Sequence record: PP601403.1
Reading direction: 5' to 3' (one strand)
Length of the DNA: 64,000 nucleotides
Below, one piece after another: positions 17,647 to 27,120 of this stretch (its first letter is position 1; each line of letters opens with the position of its first letter). Made by a program: the position numbers and the translations under genes. Under the pieces are notes generated by a model that had not been told where the DNA came from, ran no database searches, and was given only the letters and a program-made list of their open reading frames with translations.

Positions 17647-19755
17647 ATGCTAGACAATGTAGAGTTTAACGCTTATATCCAAAAGACGATCGCATTCGCT
17701 CGTACTATTGTGATTAAGTGTGAAGATCTCGCATTGCTTGATAACCGGTTGATGGAACAGTACTACGGGATTAACTCCGGGACAGATAAGTCCAAATGGC
17801 GTTATTATCTCCACCTCAATGGCGAGTATCATAGCACTGATGAGATCATGAAAGTACAGTCACTAGATAATAGTGACGTTATTGATTTTACAAAGGCTAA
17901 TCTGGATATTCATCCAGCCACTAAACGTGCATATAGACTAGGTAGTTACTACTACACTAGACTTACGGAAAAATATCCAGCTCAGTCTAATTTAATTAAT
18001 GGTATTATAAACCCGATTCCACCTTCGGAATCCATACCAGCAAATAATTACCAAATCCTAAGATATAACAAAGATTATGTCCTTTGGAATGAGTATCAGT
18101 TGATTCCTGCTTTGCAAGAACATATTAATACCATGGTTATGACATCTTTCAAAACCGAATATCTGTACACAGATAACTTGATGTTAACTATTTTGCTAGG
18201 TAATTTATACGCTTCACTGGTATCAGCTATTCTGATGATTAGGGAAGAGGCCGAAGGTACACGGTATGTACACGAATTCCACATCTGGTCAAAGTTAACA
18301 AGTCATGGTATTAGTCCGATTTATAAATCGGTTCTTGATAACAAACAAACCATGTGGCTATACCGTAACATCGATTGGGTACTTCGTAAGCAAGGTAGAA
18401 TGCAAACCTTTGACTCTTTAGTGGATATTATTCTTACCCATAGAAACATTCCACTAGCAAGACATGAGGCTCTACAAACTACTACCGACCAGTTAGAGAA
18501 GTTAATCCCTACTCCTGCGTTTATTTCTAGACCAGTTAACTTACAGAATAAACTTGGTTTATCAAGCCGGATGTTAACTGTTAATGAGTTGATTGTTAAG
18601 GAAAACAAAGTAGCAATTGATAACGCACAGGAAGAGTCCTACAGCATTGCAACTGCTGAGTACGACATCTCTACTGGCGTGCACTCAGACATCCCCACAA
18701 AGGTGTTAGAGTCCACTATGGTGGATGCTACAGATCGCAACCCAAATACGATCATGAGAGTTCTTCATAATCACTGGATTTATTTAACGGCTAATGATCT
18801 TTATCAAATCAACCACGATTTCGTTGACTTTAGAACCGGAACACACTTTAAATTATCTACTAAAGATGCCTACATTCTCTGGGCTTACTTACTAGATAGA
18901 AATAGAAAAACTACTCAAGAGTTTATTCCAGCTTACACTTACTTTAACGTAAGAAAGATCCTGCCTCCTAACTACCTTGTCTTAATGGGATTGGGAGATA
19001 AAGATATTCTCACTGAGGATGTTGCAAAAGACATTCTTAAAGTAACTGTTGAGTATTCAAGGATTATTTCTCCTGATGTATTTTTCCTTAAAGCAAAAGA
19101 GATCTTTGATAAACAGTGGGATCATCGTAAACTCTATTCCAGAGTACTAAACCTTTTTACCCACACCAGAGTTAAAAATGCGGTAGAGAGTTTATATGAA
19201 ACTGGTGCTGTTAAGTTAACCAATGAAACTCGTTATAAAGATTGGTTAAATAAACTAGAACTTAACTTTGATGATTACAGTGAAGACGATTGTTTAGAAT
19301 TGGCTTGGAACATCTGGAAGAAAGTAACTGGATGGGAAAATGCTGCATTCATGACAATTGCTGATCAACAGAAACAGTTGATTAACTTGATGAGAGATCT
19401 CACCAGTTACACTGTCCAGTACATCGGTTCTACTACTGAGGGTGAGGTAGAAGGACAAATCCAGTTAATGGATTTAGTTGATTCTGATATTTGGTCCCCT
19501 AATTCAGAAACTGGATTAGAGTCTGATAATAAAGATCAACTTGTACTAGATGCATTAAAGGGTACTAAAGAAGCTAGTTTAACAGCTAAAGAGTATCGAG
19601 GTTCCCCAGAAGGTAATATGGTTGATCACTTAGAAATCGAATCGATTGGTTCTGGTGATATTCCTATTAATAGTTATTTGAAATACGTAGAAGCTGAACC
19701 TGATTTCTCTCCATTCCATTTAAATGTCGGGTTAAGACTTCGAGAAGCTGTTTAA
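17647..19755 (+). CDS. Putative virion structural protein (baseplate wedge-like)
   Basis: 702 aa, divergent from the portal as in phiKZ-like structural blocks. Confidence 0.55.
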   Translation: MLDNVEFNAYIQKTIAFARTIVIKCEDLALLDNRLMEQYYGINSGTDKSKWRYYLHLNGEYHSTDEIMKVQSLDNSDVIDFTKANLDIHPATKRAYRLGSYYYTRLTEKYPAQSNLINGIINPIPPSESIPANNYQILRYNKDYVLWNEYQLIPALQEHINTMVMTSFKTEYLYTDNLMLTILLGNLYASLVSAILMIREEAEGTRYVHEFHIWSKLTSHGISPIYKSVLDNKQTMWLYRNIDWVLRKQGRMQTFDSLVDIILTHRNIPLARHEALQTTTDQLEKLIPTPAFISRPVNLQNKLGLSSRMLTVNELIVKENKVAIDNAQEESYSIATAEYDISTGVHSDIPTKVLESTMVDATDRNPNTIMRVLHNHWIYLTANDLYQINHDFVDFRTGTHFKLSTKDAYILWAYLLDRNRKTTQEFIPAYTYFNVRKILPPNYLVLMGLGDKDILTEDVAKDILKVTVEYSRIISPDVFFLKAKEIFDKQWDHRKLYSRVLNLFTHTRVKNAVESLYETGAVKLTNETRYKDWLNKLELNFDDYSEDDCLELAWNIWKKVTGWENAAFMTIADQQKQLINLMRDLTSYTVQYIGSTTEGEVEGQIQLMDLVDSDIWSPNSETGLESDNKDQLVLDALKGTKEASLTAKEYRGSPEGNMVDHLEIESIGSGDIPINSYLKYVEAEPDFSPFHLNVGLRLREAV

Positions 19756-19763
19756 GGATAAAG

Positions 19764-20084
19764 ATGCAACGACTAAAAGACCGTTATCCTGATAGTCGTT
19801 CTTTCCATGTATTGGCTAATCAAGAACAGGAAGTTCTACTCCTACTTGATAACAGACATGTGAAACACGAAAAGGATAACTTAGCATATCTCACCGGAAT
19901 ACTAGATAAAACGAATAAACCTGATTTAAATGAACGTGATGTGGTAAGTCACGTATTTGAAAAGTATCCGTTTTTGTATTCTGAAGATATCGAAAAGATT
20001 CAAGAGTTCGATAACTATTTTACAGTAAGTGTTTATCCTAATACACTTATTCACTTTGGACAGTTTAATATCTATAAGGGTTAA
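19764..20084 (+). CDS. Hypothetical protein, possibly structural
   Basis: 106 aa; AAGGA RBS; tightly packed in an operon. Confidence 0.65.
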   Translation: MQRLKDRYPDSRSFHVLANQEQEVLLLLDNRHVKHEKDNLAYLTGILDKTNKPDLNERDVVSHVFEKYPFLYSEDIEKIQEFDNYFTVSVYPNTLIHFGQFNIYKG

Positions 20085-20086
20085 TC

Positions 20087-21004
20087 ATGGTAGATGTAAT
20101 TGATAATGGTCGTACTAAAAGTAAGCTCCCAAGTCAACTGATCTCTCCTACTGCATTTGGTACAGTGGTTTCAGCGGCTGTGAACTGTAAACAACCTTTT
20201 AATGTTCCTGCTAATACTACTCTTAATGAGAAGTACGATGTTCTTGCTGTTGAATCTGTTGGCATGAAACACGGTAAGGATTTCAGTCTAGGTTATTACG
20301 GTATCGGTATTGGCGGGTCTCGCTCAGTCGGCGCAGATACTAATGGGTTGGAAGGTCGTAAAGTTTATCAACATAAAGCTACCGACCAAGCTGCTTTCTA
20401 CCCAATTCCTTTCTTGATTCGTACCATTGATAATGACATTGATCCCGCTATTCGTGAAAACTATCGGATGCGTGTAGTTCGTAAGATCGGTGAAATTACT
20501 TATGTAATGTATTATCTTAAGAAGATCGGATTCCAGCTGTTTGATCCGTCTGTTAAGATCGGTACTCGTGATGAGACCACCGGTAATGAAACCGAATATC
20601 CTTACGAGTACAAGAAAGAAGATCTTTCACCTACTCCGTATGAACTTCTCACCACTGATAGTATTCCGCTTTCCAATACTTATGCTAATGGCACTGGTAA
20701 ACTGGATCTCTCTTTGAACAGCAGTGATCTTAATGAGATCCGTAACGTTTGTACCATTCTCTTTAACGACGTTACTAAAGCCGCTATCAATGAGATGTAT
20801 CTGGTACACGGGATTGAAACTACCTTTGATGGTCAGATTGGCTCCGGTGGTACTGTTAACTATAAAGAGCTTCTCTCAGCAGTAACAAGTTTCACTATCA
20901 CTGAAGCTTGGGCTCGGGATGCTAATGCTAACTCTACCATGCCTTGGTATTTCCATATTGGTAACTCTCTGCCTATGTTGGTTGCTCAAGACGCTTTAGT
21001 ATAA
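20087..21004 (+). CDS. Putative virion structural protein
   Basis: 305 aa in the structural operon; no catalytic motif seen. Confidence 0.5.
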   Translation: MVDVIDNGRTKSKLPSQLISPTAFGTVVSAAVNCKQPFNVPANTTLNEKYDVLAVESVGMKHGKDFSLGYYGIGIGGSRSVGADTNGLEGRKVYQHKATDQAAFYPIPFLIRTIDNDIDPAIRENYRMRVVRKIGEITYVMYYLKKIGFQLFDPSVKIGTRDETTGNETEYPYEYKKEDLSPTPYELLTTDSIPLSNTYANGTGKLDLSLNSSDLNEIRNVCTILFNDVTKAAINEMYLVHGIETTFDGQIGSGGTVNYKELLSAVTSFTITEAWARDANANSTMPWYFHIGNSLPMLVAQDALV

Positions 21005-21015
21005 AGGAGTATTCA

Positions 21016-21210
21016 ATGCCAAATAAAAATGGTATCCATCATGTTGTTAAAGAACCAGATAGTAAACTTTGGCCAAAGATAACACTTTGTGGTAAAGAAG
21101 TTTGGTATCATGACATGCCAATTGGCATTGAACATGCTAAAGCTTGTGTAGAACAAGGTACGTATCTTCAGCCTTGTAAGAAGTGCGTGAAGAAAGCACC
21201 TAAAGAGTAG
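21016..21210 (+). CDS. Small protein with a possible Zn-binding site
   Basis: AAGGAG RBS; HH...TLCG...C...PCKKC pattern. Confidence 0.6.
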   Translation: MPNKNGIHHVVKEPDSKLWPKITLCGKEVWYHDMPIGIEHAKACVEQGTYLQPCKKCVKKAPKE

Positions 21211-21218
21211 GAGTGATT

Positions 21219-21713
21219 ATGACTGATCAATTCAGTCAGTTTTCTCCAAAGGACAGTTACTCCCAATCAGGGAGTAACTATTCTGGATCTAACTGGCGAG
21301 CTCAACAACTTCCTAGTGAAGCTGTAAAGAACAGTGATGAATTGGAATATAAACTCCATCCTAAAGAGTGTCAGTTTCCATTGATTAATAAACACTTCAC
21401 TGTTCAGATTAATACTAAAGTGGAATTAGCGTTTCTAAGTAACGTTGAACAGAATAGTCCTTTTGATTATAAGAAATTTGGATTAACTATTCCAAGACAA
21501 CTCATGACATTATTGAACCAATATAATATCGGAGATGGTTGGAGTTGTAATCCACAGCGTGGTAACAGTGTTGCTGCTTTCTCTCTACTCTATTTTGGAG
21601 TAGGTTCCTTAACCCCAACACAATACCAGTTGAATCGTAAAGCTCCTCTAGTGGCAATTGTAGAAGTCGATACGTTTAACGGTAAAGAGGTGTTAAGTCT
21701 TGCTGTGAGATAA
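21219..21713 (+). CDS. Hypothetical protein
   Basis: ATG 5 nt after AGGAG; alternative GTG start at 21213. Confidence 0.65.
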   Translation: MTDQFSQFSPKDSYSQSGSNYSGSNWRAQQLPSEAVKNSDELEYKLHPKECQFPLINKHFTVQINTKVELAFLSNVEQNSPFDYKKFGLTIPRQLMTLLNQYNIGDGWSCNPQRGNSVAAFSLLYFGVGSLTPTQYQLNRKAPLVAIVEVDTFNGKEVLSLAVR

Positions 21714-21715
21714 AC

Positions 21716-22288
21716 ATGACTATAAAAATACTCGGGATTGACCCAGGAACTAATAGCTTAGGGTGTGCAGCTCTTGAGTTAGATGTTTATAACAAGAAAT
21801 CATTTAAACTAATTTATGCTGATACTATTCTAGGTCAGAATAATGAGTTTGGTGTTCAGAATGATAATCCTCATCAGGTAAGAGCTAAAGGACTTACAAG
21901 AGTCTATTCTCACATCTTTGATATGATTGATCCTAATGTAGTAGCTTGCGAAGATAACTTCTTAGGAATCAATCCTGCTTCGTTTAAACGCCTTATCGAA
22001 GTAGTCTCGTACTTTAATATCCACACTGTGATGAATAAATCTGATTGTCCATTTAAACTAGTACTCCCAAGACTTGCTAAACAAATTGTTAAAGCAGACT
22101 TTAAAGGTAGCACTAAGGATGATGTAACAATTGGATTAAAGAACTGTCCTTTTTTAGATTTAAATGGATTTGACTTAGATCAACTTACTGAACACGCTAA
22201 CGATGCAATTCTTCTGGCCCTTTATATTGCAGTGCAATACTACAAAGATTTAGGGTGGGATATTGTAAATGACAGTAAACAACAATAA
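21716..22288 (+). CDS. ruvC: RuvC-like Holliday junction resolvase
   Basis: ILGIDPGT, VACED and HANDAILLA give the RuvC acidic catalytic residues. Confidence 0.9.
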   Translation: MTIKILGIDPGTNSLGCAALELDVYNKKSFKLIYADTILGQNNEFGVQNDNPHQVRAKGLTRVYSHIFDMIDPNVVACEDNFLGINPASFKRLIEVVSYFNIHTVMNKSDCPFKLVLPRLAKQIVKADFKGSTKDDVTIGLKNCPFLDLNGFDLDQLTEHANDAILLALYIAVQYYKDLGWDIVNDSKQQ

Positions 22289-22925
22289 AGAAATCACAGA
22301 TAAGAATGATCCAGCTTATTACGATTGGATTCCTGCTGTATTAAGATCTACAGCAGGATTTAACTCTTGTATGACTGTTGCCGTTACTAGCTTAATATTT
22401 ATTATGACCATTTACCATGGTGTAATAGAAAATCAAAAAGGTTGGTTTAACGGCGTTCAGATGGTGTTGATGCTCTGCGGCCCGATAGTTATTGCATGGA
22501 ATTTTTCTAATGCTAAGTCTATTCTCTCAACTGTATTAACAATAGATGAAACAGAAACTATCGAGCAAACTAAGAAAGAGATAAAGATACCACAAACAGC
22601 AGGTGTGGTAACGGACAATGACATCGCTATTGAAAGAGAGCTATTTGGTCTAAGTACTGTTCTCATGAGAGCTATAGCTGGCTGTATTTCCGTACATGTT
22701 ATCTGTTTTGTTAGTATTGTATTCACAATTACTATTAGGCAAGCTGCTATAGATGGAAAAGTTCTACCAAGTGATATGGAAGTATTACTGGCTGTCATTG
22801 GACCAGTGATTACCAGTTGGTCTTTTGTTAGAGCAGCTAATACTCTTGCTGTACTAATGAGCTCCGGTAGTAGTTTAATAAACCTTAGAGAAAAACTTGC
22901 AGATATCATCAGACCAAGTAAATAA
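22269..22925 (+). CDS. Four-TM membrane protein with internal duplication; holin candidate
   Basis: Two similar TM hairpins ending GPIVIAWNF / GPVITSWSF; converges on the spanin pair. Confidence 0.5.
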   Translation: MTVNNNKEITDKNDPAYYDWIPAVLRSTAGFNSCMTVAVTSLIFIMTIYHGVIENQKGWFNGVQMVLMLCGPIVIAWNFSNAKSILSTVLTIDETETIEQTKKEIKIPQTAGVVTDNDIAIERELFGLSTVLMRAIAGCISVHVICFVSIVFTITIRQAAIDGKVLPSDMEVLLAVIGPVITSWSFVRAANTLAVLMSSGSSLINLREKLADIIRPSK

Positions 22926-22935
22926 ACATAAGACA

Positions 22936-22969
22936 TAACTCTCACTCTCCAGTAGGAGAGTGAGAGTTA
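22936..22969. terminator. Bidirectional stem-loop terminator
   Basis: TAACTCTCACTCTCC-AGTA-GGAGAGTGAGAGTTA. Confidence 0.85.
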
Positions 22970-22982
22970 ACTTATCATTAAG

Positions 22983-23405
22983 TTATTTTTCGTTCAAGCT
23001 AGTGATAATCAAATCAATATTTTTAATGAGTTTATCTACAACTTGATTCAACCCATTGATTTGTTCACTAGAGACATCTAATTCCTTAGTGGTTGCAATA
23101 AGGATTAAACGAGTAGTTGCATAACAAGCATCTTTCGCTACTTCCTTAGTGCAGTCATTGTGTTCAAGGAATTGATTAAGTTTATCCATCCTGGATTCAC
23201 GCTTCTTCCAGTCAGGAACGTAAACAGAACTTGGTACATCAGTTAGGTTTTGTTTTAGTGCTACTAGCTGATCCTTGTAAAGCTGAAGCTTTGCTAACTC
23301 CGACTTCATCTCCACGTAGTTTCCCGCTGCTGTTACTTTCGGTTGCGATGAGCAACTGCCGAGCGTAAAGATCATCAAGAGGACTGTCAATAGCCGTGTT
23401 ATCAT
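22983..23405 (-). CDS. o-spanin (Rz1-like outer-membrane lipoprotein)
   Basis: Signal peptide with lipobox LLMIFTLGS-C then SS; coiled coil; begins inside the i-spanin gene in the +1 frame. Confidence 0.8.
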   Translation of the reverse strand: MITRLLTVLLMIFTLGSCSSQPKVTAAGNYVEMKSELAKLQLYKDQLVALKQNLTDVPSSVYVPDWKKRESRMDKLNQFLEHNDCTKEVAKDACYATTRLILIATTKELDVSSEQINGLNQVVDKLIKNIDLIITSLNEK

Positions 23406-23718
23406 ATCCGTATTTCTCATAGATGCCTTTGTAACCTCTTTCAAGAAGTCGATTATTAAGGATCAATTGTTGTTCCAAGTTAGCAGCCCACTCACGCTGT
23501 TTAATCGCGGCTTGCGTGATACTATCAGTGGCTTTAGCAAACTTATCAACAGCAACAACCAACTTATCTACCGTCTCTTGATTTAGTTTATTAGGATCTT
23601 CTCTAAAAAACAAAAAGAAAGTGAGACAAAACACCATTATCCAAATACCTAGGGTATTCAGTAGTTTAGTTTTATCCACTTCCCCAAGAAACGACAAGGG
23701 GGTTGGAATAAGACTCAT
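23239..23718 (-). CDS. i-spanin (Rz-like)
   Basis: Single N-terminal TM helix followed by a long helical periplasmic domain; overlaps the lipoprotein gene by 167 nt; GAGG RBS. Confidence 0.8.
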   Translation of the reverse strand: MSLIPTPLSFLGEVDKTKLLNTLGIWIMVFCLTFFLFFREDPNKLNQETVDKLVVAVDKFAKATDSITQAAIKQREWAANLEQQLILNNRLLERGYKGIYEKYGYDNTAIDSPLDDLYARQLLIATESNSSGKLRGDEVGVSKASALQGSASSTKTKPN

Positions 23719-23719
23719 C

Positions 23720-24952
23720 TCATACCGCCTCAAACGTCACGCCAGAGATCTTAAATAAATATCCCCTAGGAAGCACTCCAGGATCACCTTGGTTGATTTC
23801 CATACTGTTATATGGACTACCAGCCAGATTACCTGAGGATTGAATAGGATAGTATCTAGAGATTCTGACATCGTGGTTTAACAAACGCTGTCCAATCCCA
23901 TACGTCTTAATATATGGAACAGGGAACAGCCCATTATCTAGCACAATCGGATGTTGAAAACGTTCCTCAGTGTGCAAGACATTAGGATAATTAAAAGTTG
24001 TCAATGGTACAACCTCTATTCCTAATGTAGGGTTACTGACCAGTAGAATAAAAGAGTTATGCATAGTTAATGCATCTTTCTTATACTGATCAAGCTTAGT
24101 AAAGTTTGTTAGTTTGGGAGTACGAGTAAATTCACGATAAACTTGATAATGCCTAACAGCATCAAACCCGGATAGATTAACCATGACAGTATCTACACCG
24201 ACTTGATAAACCATTTCACTATCAGTTATCAATTGGCCATTAACTACCATCCAGATGGTTTTATTATTAAGGTCTGTATTTTCAAGTTTTACTTTCCAAC
24301 TCTTTACACCATTGCTATCATACTCAAAGAGATTATCTTTGGTAATAGGGATGGTTTTTAAATTACCTAGTTTCTCAAAGCTTAACGCAGAAGCTCTTAC
24401 GTCACGTTTAAGCTTAACATAGTCACTACCAGCACCAAGTAGATAAACACCGTCAGAACGCCCTACAGACCGATAGAAAACGCCATTTACATTAAAGAGT
24501 GCTTTATCAACCTGTTCATTGTAATTAATCCCACCAGTATACTTGTAGTGAGTTAATCGAATGTCAGGTGCTGCTTCAGAAATAAGGTCGTTTTGTCTAT
24601 CCTTTGCAAGATTAAGGTCTGCTGGATAGTGGTAAAATCCGTGAGTAAATAACCGCTCTAGCTTAACAAATTTACGGTCTTTTCCAGGTATCAAAGGAGA
24701 TTGTTTTAATACATCCCCTACCTTGGTATTTAACCATTCTTGAATAGTGATCAGTGGTGTTTTAGCAAAACTTAACCGGTAGTCATCAAGTGTTAAACAG
24801 ATCTTCGTATTATAAAGAGTATCTGTCGCTACAATGTAAAGTACACTGTAGAGTTTCTCTAGATCTCCAACAGGATAAGAAGAGATATTAACAACGTGAA
24901 ATCCCGGTTGATAATCCTTAAAACGTCCCACTGCATATAAGTAATTGTACAT
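23720..24952 (-). CDS. Putative virion (tail/baseplate) structural protein
   Basis: 410 aa, divergent from the tail-fibre cluster; context only. Confidence 0.5.
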   Translation of the reverse strand: MYNYLYAVGRFKDYQPGFHVVNISSYPVGDLEKLYSVLYIVATDTLYNTKICLTLDDYRLSFAKTPLITIQEWLNTKVGDVLKQSPLIPGKDRKFVKLERLFTHGFYHYPADLNLAKDRQNDLISEAAPDIRLTHYKYTGGINYNEQVDKALFNVNGVFYRSVGRSDGVYLLGAGSDYVKLKRDVRASALSFEKLGNLKTIPITKDNLFEYDSNGVKSWKVKLENTDLNNKTIWMVVNGQLITDSEMVYQVGVDTVMVNLSGFDAVRHYQVYREFTRTPKLTNFTKLDQYKKDALTMHNSFILLVSNPTLGIEVVPLTTFNYPNVLHTEERFQHPIVLDNGLFPVPYIKTYGIGQRLLNHDVRISRYYPIQSSGNLAGSPYNSMEINQGDPGVLPRGYLFKISGVTFEAV

Positions 24953-24984
24953 GCATTTTCACCTTTTGATACAGAGGTTCATCT

Positions 24985-25746
24985 ATGACAAATAATACCT
25001 CGGCGCTACAAGGACAACTGGTTTATCCTTGGAACCCGTTCCAAGATCTAGCGAGTAATGATATTAAAGGTGAGGTTCACCACATTCCCGCTAATGCAGC
25101 AGGAAGTATTATTATTCCTCGTTGTTCACCTTTATTCTCACGTAATGTAAAGATTAAACAACTGGATAGTTCTAGAGAGTTGTCTCTAGAAGCTGGTGAT
25201 TACTCTTTTGTTTTCCCATTTGGTAATTTCATTGGTAAGTACAATCGACTGGTATACGGCGGGATTGTAATTAACAATGTCTCTAGTCCGATTAACATTG
25301 AACTAGATTACTCAACCATTGGTGGTGACTTCGTACTTGACGAGATTAAGTACTTAGAAGCTGTAGCTAACGCTCAGATTGCACCGCGCCGCGAAGATTG
25401 GGATAAGATCATTAATCTCCCAACCGTGTGGCCGGTAGATCCTCATCCTCATCCTGCTTCCGATACTTATAACTACCAAGACATGATCACTGTCATGCGT
25501 AGCTATATTGACGCAATGTCAGGGACTGAGAACCCATTAGCTGTTCAGCAACTTCTAGAGGAACATCTCAAAGCTAATCTTCAATCTGCTCATAAAGCTG
25601 ATCTACAATCACTGGGTGTAACTAACCTGGAAGACTGGAGGATGGCAACAGTTGATGATCTAGCTGGAAGTAGTACTGAACTCCTAGTAAACGTCAATGT
25701 CCTCAAACATGCTATTCGGGGATTTGCACAAGGTACTTGGAAATAA
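24985..25746 (+). CDS. Tail-associated paralogue 1 (phiKZ gp131-like family)
   Basis: Shares the N-terminal IIP..PLF/APFY domain, WxxIxxxPxxF/WP..HxH motif and HxxxxxLGxxN motif with the next genes. Confidence 0.6.
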   Translation: MTNNTSALQGQLVYPWNPFQDLASNDIKGEVHHIPANAAGSIIIPRCSPLFSRNVKIKQLDSSRELSLEAGDYSFVFPFGNFIGKYNRLVYGGIVINNVSSPINIELDYSTIGGDFVLDEIKYLEAVANAQIAPRREDWDKIINLPTVWPVDPHPHPASDTYNYQDMITVMRSYIDAMSGTENPLAVQQLLEEHLKANLQSAHKADLQSLGVTNLEDWRMATVDDLAGSSTELLVNVNVLKHAIRGFAQGTWK

Positions 25747-25783
25747 TATCTCCGGTATTTTCTTTTAGAAGGATGTATCGTGT

Positions 25784-27058
25784 ATGATGCTAACTCCAGA
25801 TGTACCTCGTTTTAAGTTAGACCTGGAGGGAAACTCTAAGTTTAACTTTATCCCAAAAGAGTACGGTAAACGAAGTAAAGAGAAGAACAATGATATCTTT
25901 GTTCCTCAATATGCTCCGTTTTACATGAACAGTTTTAAGATGTATTTCAAAACCGGTGAACCAATGGTCCTTGACGAGGATTATGAGTTCTACGGGATTA
26001 TGTCAAAGTTAACCGAATACACTGCTAAACCAGTAGGTTTGTTTGTTAAACTACTCAAACCAGAAATTACTGAATGGTATAGTAGTTACCAAGTAGTAGG
26101 TAACTTTAACAAAGTCAATGACGATATTATTCTGATGCTAAAAGCCATTGCTGAAGATGATCGAACAGTTGACTGGAATAACATCGACGGTAAACCAGAA
26201 TGGTTTAATCCAAAACTTCACCAGCACGATCTTACTTATGAAATCTTTGGCTTTACTGATTTGATTAATGCTTGGGAAATGCTCATTGATAAAGATATCC
26301 TTGGGAAAGGTAATCTTACAATGATGTTAGAGTCATTCGAAGAGAAGCTAGATGTTTATATCAATGGATTTAAGCAACAAACAGTTAAACTCCTAGAAAG
26401 ACATAAAGCGAATAAATCGGATGGTCATGGTGTACAGAAAGATCAGATTGGTTTAGATAAACTAGATAACTTTAAAACAGCTAGTTTGAATGAGACAGTA
26501 GAAGGTAAAGCTACCGATCGACACATCACAGTTTATAATGCTGCGAAAGTAGCGACTATGATGACAGGACAGAATGCACGGTTATTAGATAGTGGCAAAC
26601 TCCCTATCTTTACCTTTGCTTGTGACCCGCTAGATCCGGTGATTACCAAATCTACTGTTCCAGGGGAATACGTTCTTTACTGTAAAGCTGTACCGATGTG
26701 TATTGTTGGCGGTAAACGTTACTCTATCCCTGAAACTATTATCGATATTACTGATACCATTACTAACCCAGTTAACAAAACTCTGTATGTTTATTTGAAC
26801 TATAAATCAGGTTCTGTTAATTACGTTATTACTGAGATTGAAACTCAGGAAACAACTAGTAATGGATTAGTTGCATTGTTGACTTGTAATGCTTCTGGAA
26901 TTAATTTCCTTGAGTGTTATGACAGGTTTACGATTGTCGGATTGGGTATTACTGATGTTAGAACTGGTAGTGCGATACTCGCCACCAATGAATCCATTTA
27001 CGCCCAAACTAATGCGAGTGATATCTTTAATAAAGCGACTGACTTGTTACCAGAATAA
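25784..27058 (+). CDS. Tail-associated paralogue 2 (tail fibre/baseplate)
   Basis: HKANKSDGHGVQKDQIGLDKLDNF tail-fibre motif; shared C-terminal domain. Confidence 0.65.
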   Translation: MMLTPDVPRFKLDLEGNSKFNFIPKEYGKRSKEKNNDIFVPQYAPFYMNSFKMYFKTGEPMVLDEDYEFYGIMSKLTEYTAKPVGLFVKLLKPEITEWYSSYQVVGNFNKVNDDIILMLKAIAEDDRTVDWNNIDGKPEWFNPKLHQHDLTYEIFGFTDLINAWEMLIDKDILGKGNLTMMLESFEEKLDVYINGFKQQTVKLLERHKANKSDGHGVQKDQIGLDKLDNFKTASLNETVEGKATDRHITVYNAAKVATMMTGQNARLLDSGKLPIFTFACDPLDPVITKSTVPGEYVLYCKAVPMCIVGGKRYSIPETIIDITDTITNPVNKTLYVYLNYKSGSVNYVITEIETQETTSNGLVALLTCNASGINFLECYDRFTIVGLGITDVRTGSAILATNESIYAQTNASDIFNKATDLLPE

Positions 27059-27069
27059 CCTTTAATTAC

Positions 27070-27103
27070 TTAGAGAGTGCGATCTTTTGATCGCACTCTC
27101 TAA
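27070..27103. terminator. Stem-loop between tail genes
   Basis: TTAGAGAGTGCGATC-TTTT-GATCGCACTCTCTAA. Confidence 0.75.
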
Positions 27104-27120
27104 TCACATCTGAGGTTCCC

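Noticed and set aside
22457-22945. 162-aa antisense ORF over the holin candidate, and other short nested or antisense ORFs in the track
   Set aside because: They fully overlap better-supported genes and have no RBS or motif. The only overlap accepted as functional is the spanin pair.
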